Shown here: positions 37,580 to 48,669 of the stretch, piece after piece
How the letters are laid out: each line of letters opens with the position of its first letter
Numbering within the stretch: position 1 is the stretch's first letter
NCBI GenBank assembly: GCA_048772705.1
Contig: JBLWGC010000036.1
Coordinates: forward strand, 1 to 64,000
Direction of reading: 5' to 3'
Source: Leidyana gryllorum EB-2025a
Lineage: Eukaryota; Protista; Apicomplexa
DNA: 64,000 nt
Program-made: the position numbers and the translations under genes
The notes under the pieces: model-generated
Databases searched by the model: none
What the model saw: only the letters and a program-made list of their open reading frames with translations
What the model was told of the DNA's origin: nothing

Positions 37580-39169
37580 ATGGGCCACTCATTCATTCTG
37601 GCCGACAAGGTCCTCGTCAAATGGGACAACAATATTATCACTCATGTCATTGACAATCTGGATGTGAGAGCAATCCTCCAGACAACTGTAGATGGCTCTG
37701 TGGGCTCGCACAACAACCCTCCCATTACAGCCGCTTTATTCGCCCGCGCTCTGGAGCTGAGTTTGAACGACGATGAGCGAGGCCGAAACAAGTTACGCCG
37801 TCCACATCAAGTGGTCAGCGACAGCCCCAAAGCCCATCTGGCGTCCTCTCTGTGGTCGGGCAACGAGATTATCCCGGCCAAAATCACACCCTGCCCGCAC
37901 GTGAACTCCCACGGAAATGAGACCACTGTCGAGGACTCCGTCAAGGATAGTCGGACTATTGTGTCAGTCCGAGGCGCGGAACGCACCGATGTCGACACTC
38001 TCAGGTGGCTACTCGGCGACATCGAGAGCCCCACCACCACCTTCGCAACCATTTATGGCAAACACAAGTACTACATCGTCTGGGAGACTGGTGAGCACGC
38101 TCAGGAAGGAGACATGGAGGAGAAGCAAGTGCCCTCGCCTCTCGATTGTCCCTGGCAGGCAGCCATTCGTATCGCTTTGGCCTGCAAGAAGCGACAGGAA
38201 ATGCTCATGGCAATGCTCGAGGCATCCTGTACCACATGGCGGCTATGGTTCCCAGAGATTTTGAAATCGGGAGCAACACCAACTACCTCCTACGAATTTC
38301 CCAAGCTGAGCTTGGACCAACCGAAAGCCTCCGGTGGAGATCCGGTACTCATCTTGAACGCACAGGACGACAACCAATCAAACGATGAACTCCCCCCCAT
38401 GAGTTGGGAGGACTTCAAGGACATGGCTGTGAAGGCTCTCGTTGGACTGTACGAGGGCCCAGATCTCTCAGAGTACCGCCGCGAAGGGGAAACCTACGAC
38501 GTTATGCTGGAGCGATATGCTCAGGAAAAGCTGCAGCTCATTGTCTGGGGTACAGTGCCGCTAAACCTCGTAGCCCACATTGCCGACTTCCACAACGCCT
38601 TCAAAGCTGTGGCTTCCACGGCGATACGAATAGACATTGACAGTATGAAAGATGGCTATAAAACTAACGTCAAAGTCGCCAATTCTCTCGTCATCGATCC
38701 GAAAACCTGGAGCGCTCGTGAAGGCTGTCCAACACGCATTCTGCCTCCCGATGTGGAAACCCGCCGAACCCTCCTCTACTTGGCCGCTCTCAGTGGAGGC
38801 CAGATTGCCGACAGAAATGGGAACCTCCATCTATGGCCCCGCGAAGTGGCCATGTCGGACCCGACCTCTCTGGCCTGGACATCTCGAGATCAAGATGACT
38901 TGCGACGCTGGGTAGCAGGCTGTTTATTGGCCATGTTGCCGGTCAAGGTCGAGGCAGTGCGCTTGTCACCAATGATGGTCCCCCCCTGCTCGAATTTGCG
39001 CTTACTGTTAGATGTCAAAATCCCCCACTGGCCATCCGAAGAGGTCCCTGAGCACCCTGTGAGCATTTTCCCTACCTCCAGAGCTCACTGGTCCCTTCCA
39101 CACCCTGAGGAATCTAAAGTCGGCGACTCTGAGGCCATGCCGTCCACTCGTGCCAGCACTGTAGTATGA
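37580..39169 (+). CDS. Hypothetical intronless protein (529 aa)
   Basis: Long ATG-initiated ORF of globular composition; no family recognised. Confidence 0.7.
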   Translation: MGHSFILADKVLVKWDNNIITHVIDNLDVRAILQTTVDGSVGSHNNPPITAALFARALELSLNDDERGRNKLRRPHQVVSDSPKAHLASSLWSGNEIIPAKITPCPHVNSHGNETTVEDSVKDSRTIVSVRGAERTDVDTLRWLLGDIESPTTTFATIYGKHKYYIVWETGEHAQEGDMEEKQVPSPLDCPWQAAIRIALACKKRQEMLMAMLEASCTTWRLWFPEILKSGATPTTSYEFPKLSLDQPKASGGDPVLILNAQDDNQSNDELPPMSWEDFKDMAVKALVGLYEGPDLSEYRREGETYDVMLERYAQEKLQLIVWGTVPLNLVAHIADFHNAFKAVASTAIRIDIDSMKDGYKTNVKVANSLVIDPKTWSAREGCPTRILPPDVETRRTLLYLAALSGGQIADRNGNLHLWPREVAMSDPTSLAWTSRDQDDLRRWVAGCLLAMLPVKVEAVRLSPMMVPPCSNLRLLLDVKIPHWPSEEVPEHPVSIFPTSRAHWSLPHPEESKVGDSEAMPSTRASTVV

Positions 39170-39374
39170 ATGAAAGAACATTGGTTGAACGTTCCCGTGA
39201 TATTCGCTGAGAGGTAACGTTGAAGAAGAGCGTTGCGAGCTAGCAATCTTGTGTGTGCGATAAATCGATCCCCCGAAAACAATGAAGCTAAAAATAGATG
39301 TAAGGAAGTTGATAACCAATAAAAAGAGTTTAAACGGTACAAAGTTGAAAGTCAATTGGCTTGCTCTCCCTAAT

Positions 39375-41639
39375 CTAAGCAGCCAACCACCATGGGCCAC
39401 CGGCTGCGTTCGAGAATCTAGTAGCCAGCAAACTTCCGAAGACGAGAGATACGATTGCGGAAAGTTTGACAAGGATATTCAGAGCTGGCCCGGAAGTGTC
39501 CTTCAGGGGGTCTCCGATAGTGTCGCCAGTTACTGCATTCTTGTGCGTGGCTGAGCCCTTAGCGTGATCGGGGCCCAACGCACCGCTCTCAATGTACTTC
39601 TTAGCATTGTCCCAAGCACCTCCGGAGTTGCTCGCAGAGATTGCCAGTTGAACACCAGAGATGAGAGCGCCAGTCAGCAGACCGGCAGTGCAATTCTTTC
39701 CAAAGATGATTCCGGCAACGAGTGGTGAGCCAATGACAAGCGCTCCTGGCAGCACCATCTCGCGCAAAGCCGCAGTAGTAGCAATATTAATGCAACGAGC
39801 GTAGTTAGGTTCCATTCGATCATTCAGGATTTTGGGGAACTGCTCCAAACATTCTTCAACCATGTCGTTGGCAGCGACACCAACTGACTTCATGGTCATA
39901 GCAGAGAAAGCATACGGCATCATGGCGCCGAAGAAAAGTCCAGTGAATACCCAAGAGTTCAGGATGTCAACGATTTTAATGTCGGCGCGAACAGTATAGG
40001 CACCGAAAAGGGCGATAGACACCAGAGCGGCGGAGCCAATCGCGAAACCCTTTCCGATAGCAGCAGTAGTGTTACCCGCGGCGTCCAAAGCGTCAGTACG
40101 CTCTCTAACCTCTTCTCCCAGGCCCGACATTTCGGCGATGCCACCGGCGTTGTCCGAGATGGGTCCGTATGCGTCAATGGTCAGTCCCATGGTCAAAGTA
40201 CCAAGCATGCCCAAAGCAGCGAGTGCAACCCCGTACATTCCAGCAGTCAAGTGGGCGATGCAGACAGTGACGATAAGACACAGAATCGGTACCATGACGG
40301 ATAGGTAACCGAGAGCCAAACCGTAGATGACACCAGTAGCGGCCGAGACTTTCTGTGTGAGAGAGATCTCGCGCACTGGGGTGTAGCTGTGCGATGTATA
40401 GTATTCGGTAACGAAACCGATGAGAAGTCCAGACCACAGTCCCAGCCAGACAGACCAGACCACATTCTGCCGGGATGCAGGTCCGAAGTGGGCGAGGTTG
40501 AATTCAGCGGGAACAAGATAGCAGGCCAGAACCGGTACCACGAGGGTTTCTAAGAAGGTACTGATAATGAGGATTTGCTTCAGACTCTTTTCGATTTGAT
40601 GAAGTTTCTTGACCGGGAAGAAGGCGCGGACAGTAATCAGAGTGAGAATTCCACAAACAATCGATACTGAAGTTAGCATCACAGGGAAGATCAATCCACC
40701 CCAGTGATGAGCAATGCCAGGAATGCCGTTCACGGATGCGGTACTGGCTCCAGCGATGACCAGTGCAGCACAAGTAGACTCAGCCAGAGAACCGAACAGA
40801 TCTGCTCCCATTCCAGCCACATCGCCCACATTGTCACCGACGTTATCCGCAATGCAAGCGGGGTTACGAGGGTCGTCCTCGGGCATTCCGTATTCGTTCT
40901 TGCCACTGAGGTCAGCGCCAACGTCGGCAGCTTTGGTGAAGATACCGCCGCTAACACGACCGAACAGGGCAATTGAACTGCCACCCAAACCGTAGCCCGC
41001 GATGGCTTCGTACATACCCTTGGTATCGTTTCCGTAGATGGACGGGATGCGGTAGATGCCGATTAGAATCACCAGATTGATGATGCCCAGCGACACCAAA
41101 CACAATCCCATCACGCTGCCCGCGGAGACAGCGACATCGAACGCTTTGTCGAGCGACCGGTACGCTTCATGAGCAGTTCGCACATTAGCATAGGTTGCTA
41201 TTTGCATACCCAGCCAGCCGCACGCCATGGATGTCAAGCACCCCAGAATGAAAGCCCACATTGTCGCGTAGCCAACACATGGGCCGATAATAGCGCTAAA
41301 ACACAGCATATACACAATCATCCATTTGTATTCCTGATTCAAGAAAGCTACTGCACCTTCTGATATCAGGGTGGATATCTTGTGCATCGTTCGCAGAGTA
41401 TCACGGGGAATGCATCCGTCTTCTCCCATCGGCGATTCGACCAGTCGTTCGTTCAATTCTTTCCCATCGTCGCGGCTGCGGAACCCGTCCAGTTTTACAC
41501 TGGCAACCCGGCAAGCTTCGTAGCCAGCCCAGCAGATTCCCAGCAACGGGCATCCGATCAGAACACCGTTGATTACACAATTGGTTGTTTCATCGTTTCC
41601 GAACGCCGTAAGAAAGACTTCGTGTGCAAAGTGAGCCAT
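39375..41639 (-). CDS. Vacuolar-type H+-translocating pyrophosphatase, K+-dependent (VP1-type)
   Basis: GGIFTKAADVGADLSGK, EDDPRNPACIADNVGDNVGD, DAYGPISDNAGG, GNTTAA (Ala indicates the K+-dependent class), GDTIGDPLKD. Confidence 0.97.
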   Translation of the reverse strand: MAHFAHEVFLTAFGNDETTNCVINGVLIGCPLLGICWAGYEACRVASVKLDGFRSRDDGKELNERLVESPMGEDGCIPRDTLRTMHKISTLISEGAVAFLNQEYKWMIVYMLCFSAIIGPCVGYATMWAFILGCLTSMACGWLGMQIATYANVRTAHEAYRSLDKAFDVAVSAGSVMGLCLVSLGIINLVILIGIYRIPSIYGNDTKGMYEAIAGYGLGGSSIALFGRVSGGIFTKAADVGADLSGKNEYGMPEDDPRNPACIADNVGDNVGDVAGMGADLFGSLAESTCAALVIAGASTASVNGIPGIAHHWGGLIFPVMLTSVSIVCGILTLITVRAFFPVKKLHQIEKSLKQILIISTFLETLVVPVLACYLVPAEFNLAHFGPASRQNVVWSVWLGLWSGLLIGFVTEYYTSHSYTPVREISLTQKVSAATGVIYGLALGYLSVMVPILCLIVTVCIAHLTAGMYGVALAALGMLGTLTMGLTIDAYGPISDNAGGIAEMSGLGEEVRERTDALDAAGNTTAAIGKGFAIGSAALVSIALFGAYTVRADIKIVDILNSWVFTGLFFGAMMPYAFSAMTMKSVGVAANDMVEECLEQFPKILNDRMEPNYARCINIATTAALREMVLPGALVIGSPLVAGIIFGKNCTAGLLTGALISGVQLAISASNSGGAWDNAKKYIESGALGPDHAKGSATHKNAVTGDTIGDPLKDTSGPALNILVKLSAIVSLVFGSLLATRFSNAAGGPWWLAA

Positions 41640-41826
41640 AGATTGGTAGAGTAAGTTCAATTGATGACGGGTTTGAACAAAATCAAAGACCTATGGGACG
41701 CACGCACACACACAAGATTTTAAGAGACTGGCGGATGTCGACATTGTTCAGTTCAAAAAGTAGTGTAAGTTTTGTACCACTGTTTGGCTCGCCTTCATTC
41801 TCTCGTTTTGTGTGAAAGAAGTCAAG

Positions 41827-42576
41827 ATGGTGTACAAACTCGTCCTCCTTCGTCACGGTGAATCCACTTGGAACAAGGAGAACCGTTTCACTGGCTGGAC
41901 TGATGTTGACCTGTCTGCCACAGGGGAGTCCGAGGCTCTTGCCGCTGCTGAGGTGCTGAAGGAGAAAGGCTACAAGTTCGATGTCGCTTTCACCTCTGTG
42001 CTGAAGCGTGCCGTCCGTACCTGCTGGGCTGTGTTGGCCAACACTGACCAGTGTTTCGTCCCCGTGATCAACACCTGGAGGCTGAACGAGCGTCACTACG
42101 GTGCTCTCCAAGGTTTGAACAAGGCTGAGACCGCTGCTAAGCACGGTGACGAGCAAGTCAAGATCTGGCGTCGTTCTTATGATGTCTGCCCCCCTGCCTT
42201 GGAGACCAGCGACGAGCGGTTCCCGGGCAACCAGTCCATGTACGGCTATCTGGCCAAGGATGCTTGCCCTGCTACCGAGTCCCTGAAGACTTGCATTGAT
42301 CGCGTGCTTCCTTTCTGGTACGACCAGGTCGCCCCTGCCGTGTTGAGCGGAAAGAATGTGCTCATTGCCGCTCATGGCAACTCCCTCCGCGGGTTGGTGA
42401 AGCATCTGGACAGCATGACGGAGGAGGCCGTCCTGGAGCTGAACATCCCCACTGGTGTGCCTCTGGTCTACGAGCTCGATGAGAACCTGAAGCCCATCAA
42501 GCACTACTACTTGATGGACGAGGCCCAGCTCAAGGCTAAGATGGAGGCTGTTGCCAACCAAGGCAAAGCGAAGTAA
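41827..42576 (+). CDS. gpmA: 2,3-BPG-dependent phosphoglycerate mutase
   Basis: [45 protein letters not shown]. Confidence 0.98.
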   Translation: MVYKLVLLRHGESTWNKENRFTGWTDVDLSATGESEALAAAEVLKEKGYKFDVAFTSVLKRAVRTCWAVLANTDQCFVPVINTWRLNERHYGALQGLNKAETAAKHGDEQVKIWRRSYDVCPPALETSDERFPGNQSMYGYLAKDACPATESLKTCIDRVLPFWYDQVAPAVLSGKNVLIAAHGNSLRGLVKHLDSMTEEAVLELNIPTGVPLVYELDENLKPIKHYYLMDEAQLKAKMEAVANQGKAK

Positions 42577-42811
42577 ATGTTTTTCTATGCTAATTTGACC
42601 TTCCTCACAAGTGTTTTGATTGACTAACTGAATAATTGTGACATCTGGTCGGCGGTCCCTCTAAGCTATTCTCGGACTGACTGGGTATCGGAAGTTGTGC
42701 GGTATAGCTGCTGCGTTGGCGCTGCTGCTGAGTTCAACCGCCTTCGCCTCCCCCCGCCGCCCCTCCAATACATGGGAAGCAGCAGCGTTTCAGGTTGTGC
42801 CTAGATTTGTG

Positions 42812-43595
42812 CTACATAAAGTCCTCCTCCAGATCGCGGCACGAAGTGATCGTCCCGTCACCCTGAGACTGGTTGTTTATCTGAACCTCCTTCTGCAAGG
42901 CGGTGTAGTGTCGCAGTTGATATTCCTCGCGTTCTTTCTTCTCCTCTTCCTGTTGTTTCAGGAGCTGCAAAAACGTCAGGTCGCAATGGTCTCCTTGTGC
43001 TACCCTTACAGCGTCTTTCCGGTCGGCTTTGGCTTTCTGAAGTTCCTGTTGGTCGCGCTTCATCCGCACTTTTTCCAAATCCATCTTGACCGATGATCGC
43101 GACTGAGGATGGATAGGTGAAGAGGGGGTGAGAGAAAGTGTAGCCGTACCTTCTCCAGTCGGGTGAGCATTTCGCGGTTACGAGCCACATTACGGACCTT
43201 CACAACTTGTTTGAGGTCCTTGAAGCCGATGGTACCAGTGTCCATGGTGTTTTGGTCCTTGCGGAGGTTCGCCCATGGTGTGTAGATAATGTCCACAGCC
43301 GGTTTCTTGTGACCCTCAATTGAATTTCCTTTGGTCAGTTGGCAGCATTCGTCCAAGACGACTTGAGGAATGTTCTTCACCGCTGTTTACAGGACGAGGA
43401 ACTATAGCATTCGCCGCCACTCAAACACTTACTGTAGCCTTTAGGCAATCGAACGTAAACGTGGGCGCTAGAATAGTCATCAACGTGGAACCAGACGTCT
43501 TCTGGCCATCCCCAAGCAATCAGCTGTTCGTTCTCGAACTTGTCATCCCCCATATAAATGAAGAAATCGGGATGGCTGCTGGTGAAAGTGAGCAT
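42812..43595 (-). CDS. CCDC25: CCDC25/Jlp2 NFACT-R domain protein (3 exons)
   Basis: [57 protein letters not shown], terminal EEDFM. Confidence 0.93.
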
Positions 43596-43605
43596 TGGAA
43601 ATAAA

Positions 43606-44529
43606 TTAGACAATGGCTGAAGGCCACTTGTTACTGGCCATAAAGTCTATAAGTTGCCCTTCTTGGTTGGCCCCCCCTTCTGGGACGTAAAGAGCCGTCC
43701 CTCCTCCACCCTCGCCGCCCATGAAGTCATCCTCGCGCATATGGCGCACCTCCTCATCTTGATCGTCATCTTCATCTTTGAATATGTTCTCGTTGCTCGG
43801 CCCGCCCATGTGCCAGCTCGGTCGAGTTGAGGCACCACTGCTGCCTTTCCCTTTGGAGTGCGTCTTCGAAGAGGAGGAGGAGGGGGAGCTGTCGCGGTCC
43901 CAATCCTTTGAGAACGAGTTCTTGGGTGGGGCTGTAGTCGCGGGTCTGCTCGAACCTGGAATGGCCCCGCCTTGGCCGCCGCCCCCCGGGCCCGAGGGTA
44001 CAGCGGGTCGGTGGGAGGTTCCTACATCCCCCCAATTGACTCCTTCGTACTCATCTTCCATTCCAGTGTCTACGGCTGTGGTCAAGTCGCCAGGTAGTTT
44101 CTGAACCCCTTGATAGGCGGGCGGATCTGTTAAGGAACCGCCATGTTTCTCGGCATACGTGATATACGCGGCCGACAGGGGTCGTCCTGCACAGACTTCG
44201 TTCTCGGTCTTGTAGGCCAGTAACCGTGTCTTGGCAAGCTCGTGTTCCGGCAATCGGACGCGACGATGGACCTCCTGGGACGTAATCTATGGGGGGCAGA
44301 CAATGGGTATTAGTCTCGTGTAACTGGCAACCCTCACCGGAACTTGTACCCAACTCTTGGTTTTGCGGACATCCGGATTGCGGGGGATGCCGGTGGTCTC
44401 AGTGCGCGAGAGTAGTTTCCATTGGTGTCCTGGCTCTGGGTCACATCGGGGAGGTGCTACGATGAGACGGGAGGCTACAGGAAACAGGAAAGCGAGGAGC
44501 AGTGCTACTGGAAAGATTGACACGAACAT
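43606..44529 (-). CDS. Secreted hypothetical protein with Gly/Ser/acidic low-complexity C-half (2 exons)
   Basis: Signal peptide [20 protein letters not shown]; intron gtgagg...ctaat...ccatag joins it to the 43606..44253 frame. Confidence 0.65.
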
Positions 44530-44597
44530 GCTGCATGTAAGTCGCGCAGTCTGGTTACCATGGAGTATCGCTCTCTCCTTTGATTGCGCTCTCACTC

Positions 44598-44605
44598 TGC
44601 ATGCA
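44598..44605. promoter_or_regulatory. TGCATGCA palindrome (ApiAP2-type site) in a divergent promoter
   Basis: Exact palindrome in the 109-nt spacer between ATGs at 44529(-) and 44639(+); a known apicomplexan ApiAP2 motif. Confidence 0.4.
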
Positions 44606-44638
44606 TGATGTAGTAACACACTCAGCACATCTCAAGTA

Positions 44639-44998
44639 ATGGGTAACAAGTGTTGTCGCCGGACCGTCCCCAACGAAATTGAGCCCGAAGCGGCCCCACC
44701 GACGGTGGATAAGGCAGCTTTGGAGGCTGAAGAAGCATTGAAGAAGGCCGCTGACGAGAAGAAGGCTGAAGCTGACAAAATGAAGGCAGAAATGGAGAAG
44801 CAGAATGCTGCACTCAAAGGTGACATTAAGGATTTGGAAGAAGAAATCCAGGATCGCAAGGATCGCGGATTCGTTCGTGAAGGCAGTGGTGAGAAACTGG
44901 TTACGGATGCCAACACCAAGGCTGAGGAATCCGCAAAGGCACTAAACGCCAGCGACTCCTCATCCAGTGGACAAGAAGACGAAGAAGAGTCTGCGTAG
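44639..44998 (+). CDS. Small dually acylated (Gly2 myristoyl, Cys5/6 palmitoyl) coiled-coil protein
   Basis: MGNKCCRR N-terminus, E/K/A-rich helix, acidic tail. Confidence 0.75.
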   Translation: MGNKCCRRTVPNEIEPEAAPPTVDKAALEAEEALKKAADEKKAEADKMKAEMEKQNAALKGDIKDLEEEIQDRKDRGFVREGSGEKLVTDANTKAEESAKALNASDSSSSGQEDEEESA

Positions 44999-45064
44999 GC
45001 ACGGAGTCCCAACCGTGGCGGAAATATCGATCACACGTCGTGGCCCGATCCGTGAGGTGCCGCG

Positions 45065-46368
45065 ATGAAGGTGGTGTTTAGTTTTCCATTCGCGGCGCTG
45101 ACGCTATGGGAAGTCGTATTCTCTGCCAATGCGCCGCGTATAGTCTCCTTAACTTTACATGCCGAACATCTATTCGCGCGGAACTCCGCCTCTGAGCCCC
45201 TTGATGATGTAGACCCCGTTATTCTTGAACCTCTCCCCGACCTCCCTGATGCTTCCTCCGTCGAGGAATGGGATGCCTTGGAAGGCCTGCAAGCTCTGGA
45301 AGAGGACGATAACTTGATCGGGGCTGATGACGTAGCAGAGCCATCGCATACAACCCCTCCCCCCCCTCCACCAAGGAGGCGGAAGCACGGCAAAAGGCGC
45401 CGATACGAATTGGAGGACTGGGAACAAGAATTCCCCGCGCTCGATCCCAACATGGCTCATATGACGTCCAACGCAACCATCCGTACTGGTCAAACACTGG
45501 TCGTTCATCTGCCTGTGAGTCCAACTCCAGATCGCGAATATATCTGGAAGGTGAGAAATCTCCATTCCTGCCTGAGTCAGAGATCTTCTGATAGTTGAAT
45601 GCTACCTACGATCAATCAACTTTCATGGTGAATGAGGAAGACATTCACTCTCTGGACTTCCCCGCTACAGCTTCCCTCCAATTCATCATCACGAAATCTG
45701 GATATGTGGAGGCGAAGCCGGGCGAATCGAAAGCCCACCAGCAGTTTGTATTCCGGTGCATGAGACGAGGCACCACCGTACTCCCCTTTCTGTCGGTTAC
45801 ACACACATGAAACACGCTCCTGTCATTGTTGTTGTGTAGATACACGCGGCCCTGGTATAGCGACAAGCAGCCTGGGGGCGCTCGGTCTTTCATCTTAGTC
45901 CGTTGTGTTCCAAAGAAGAGCCTGAAAAACCTTGCCGCCTACACTCCAGTGACGCGCTCGACGCTCCACCTCGAAACTGGACAGCAACTCGACATCAAAC
46001 TGCAGAACAGTGCAGAAGCCAAATACCACATTTGGAAAGTGAGTTGGTTGATCGTCGTCAGCACACCACACAACGTGTGTTTGCAGCTACTGAGGGTGTT
46101 CGATGAGGCCACTGGACACATAAAGGAGGAGAATGGGAGAGAATCAATCGCTGAATTTGTGACCCGGAAGTCGGGGTATGTGCCACCCCACAACGAGACA
46201 AGCCACAATACCTCATCGCATGGGCATGGTGGCGGAGGTTATCAGAAGTTCGTGATTTACACGTTGCGGCCTGGCAACACCACCCTGCCCTTCTCCTTCC
46301 TGGGCCCGTGGTTGCCGGACCGCCAGTTTGATAGGACAGATGCTTTGATTAACCTAGTTGTGAGTTAG
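45065..46368 (+). CDS. Secreted tandem chagasin-fold (I42) cysteine protease inhibitor-like protein (multi-exon)
   Basis: Signal peptide; two copies of TGQ.L...L...Y.IWK ... KSGYV ... Q.FV...R.G.T.LPF..(RPW/GPW). Confidence 0.75.
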
Positions 46369-46508
46369 ACGTAGGGGTGGTTAGCCAGCCAGCCATCAGT
46401 AGCTAGCGGTTCTCTCCAATACTATGCAAACAGACTCGATGATTTGTTACACAAATAGAAGATGGGAGCGGGAAAGGCTTGATGTTGAGAGAAGGTTTGG
46501 GCAGCACA

Positions 46509-48626
46509 ATGCTGAATCGTCAGGAGGGGAGTGTATCCCCACGCTTCTGGAGCCCAGCATACGTTACACCCGTACTGGAGAGATTTCGTGCACGGCTGTC
46601 AGAGCACTCCCTCAGGTCCTGCTGCAGCCTCCCGTCCCTCTCCACGCCCCCTGTGAGCCCTGTGATCGACGCTGTTCCGTGGGTCAGGGGGCCACGCTTT
46701 CGACCCCGTGACTTCACCCCCTCATCGAACATGTCTAGCGCCGATTTTCCCCTCACCTGCCGTGAAGCGCCCATTTTTGACTTGGTCGACTGCCATGCAG
46801 CTCACCAGCCCTCCAGTCCCAATCTGTATCCTTCACCCCCACTGACATTGAGCGATCACTTTGTGGGAGCCTTGTCTCCTCTCACGGTCCCGGTCAGACG
46901 CTGGGGTTTATCTAACGGATCTTACTCACTATCTATACGGTCTGGTTTGCTAAAGTGGCTCGACAAGCGTTTGACGTTCCTGCCTCCCATGGACGTGCAG
47001 CGCACGAGTGCTTCACCCCTTCAGTTGGTGCGACAGATATATATTGACCTGGCTGCCGTGAGAATACCATCCTACGCAAGGCCCTGTAGCACTGAACTTC
47101 CTTCTCCAATATACAGGTCACCATACAAAAGGCTTGGAGAGGGTTCCAGGGACGTAAATTGGCAGAATGGTTACGCAGTGAGGTATTGATTCACACAGTA
47201 TCGGTCGTGTTTTCATTCATAGTGCTTTCGATCTATAGGAGTCATCCAAACAAATATTACACCAGGCGGCCACCAAGATTCAAGCTGCCTGGCGGGGCTT
47301 TCAGGGGCGCATGCACGCAGAGCTGCGAATACAAGTGAAGATGCACCTAGTCTGCCGTGATGTAGCGGCGGTAAGTGCCGTTTCACCTCTCAGACTCCAC
47401 CTGTTGTCGACCTAGAGACGTATACAACGCGCCTGGCGAAGCTGGCGCGCGCGGGAACAGAGTAAAATACTTCGAGTTGTGAGTTCAAGAGATAGATCAT
47501 TGCCCCGAACGATCAGTATCGCGCTGTCAGGCCGGAGTAGTGAGCCGAATGCGACATTTGTCTGCGGCACTGATACAACGAGTTTGGAGAGGATCGCGAG
47601 TGAGGAGGATCGTTGATGAGGAGTGGGACTACTGGGTAGTCAAGTGGATTTGGGACCCTCCTGGGAAGGTTGTAGAAGTAGTCGGTAACTTCACCGACGA
47701 ACCTTGGAATCAGCGAATCCGAATGCATTGGTGTCCACGTCGCCGATGTTACGTGGCGAAGCTACCCCGAAAACGGGGCAGATACGAGATGAAATATGCC
47801 GTCAACGGCAGATTTGTCTGTTGCGGAGCTGGTACTGTAGTTGAGGTGAGGCCAGACTCAAGGCCTGGTATCGCTACAAATTCACAGGACGGTCACGGCT
47901 ACTACAATAATGTGGTTGACGTGCTCGAAGTTCCAGCCGTATCCCCCTGTAAGTTGATTGTTGTGCTCAATCTGTGGTTGCTATATAAGACTGTGTCTGT
48001 TTTGAGGCCATCTGACTTGATTGCTATGTAGCAGAGTCGACATGGTGCTCTCGATAATGTGTGCTATCCTCAATGGTGTCTCCACAAAGTGTGCGGCGGC
48101 CCAGTGCCGTTCCCGCTTGTTCACTCAAATGGCTTTTCGCGCTTCTTGAGGACGATGACGTTAACTTTTGTGTCTCGCAGTTGTCCGCTGTCGCCAGATC
48201 GTCAATTCATTCCACAAACAACGGGCATTGGAATCTTCGACGAATGGTGAGTCCAGCGGCCCCAGCAAAGAGACTTCTGTGATGGAGAACGCTTCTGTTG
48301 GGACGACGGACGAGTACTACAATGGAAGAAATCGGCACAATGATCAAGACCCTCCCCCTTCTCTGAACACCATCTCCGATAATCGTCAAACCCTACCCCC
48401 TCTGCGTCATAAAGGGGTCGAAGAAGGATCGTCCACCCATCAGCCCTCGAGCCAAATTCGAACGCCTACTAGTGAGGAGGAAGATGAAGCGACCCCACCC
48501 CCACCTATACTTCGTCCGAGGTCTCCCAGTCGAACACCACGAAGGAAGCGCCGAAGAAAAAGGGTATTGAAGCCGCCGACAGGAAGGTCGACCGCGATAA
48601 TAACATCTTCCCCTTTGTGCATGTAG
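46509..48626 (+). CDS. IQ-motif protein with an AMPK-beta-like glycogen-binding CBM48 domain (multi-exon)
   Basis: IQAAWRG, IQRAWRS, IQRVWRG followed by VKWIW..GKVVEVVGNFT..W..GRYEMKYAVNG..G..NNVV. Confidence 0.75.
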
Positions 48627-48669
48627 TGCATCTCCAGTAAAATAAGAACACGCAAAATGTGCAACCCAA

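Noticed and set aside
41683-42561. 292-aa ORF antisense to phosphoglycerate mutase
   Set aside because: Codon-bias shadow
44639-44998. Calling this gene GAP45
   Set aside because: Only the acylated N-terminus and coiled coil resemble it; the conserved C-terminal GAP45 domain is absent
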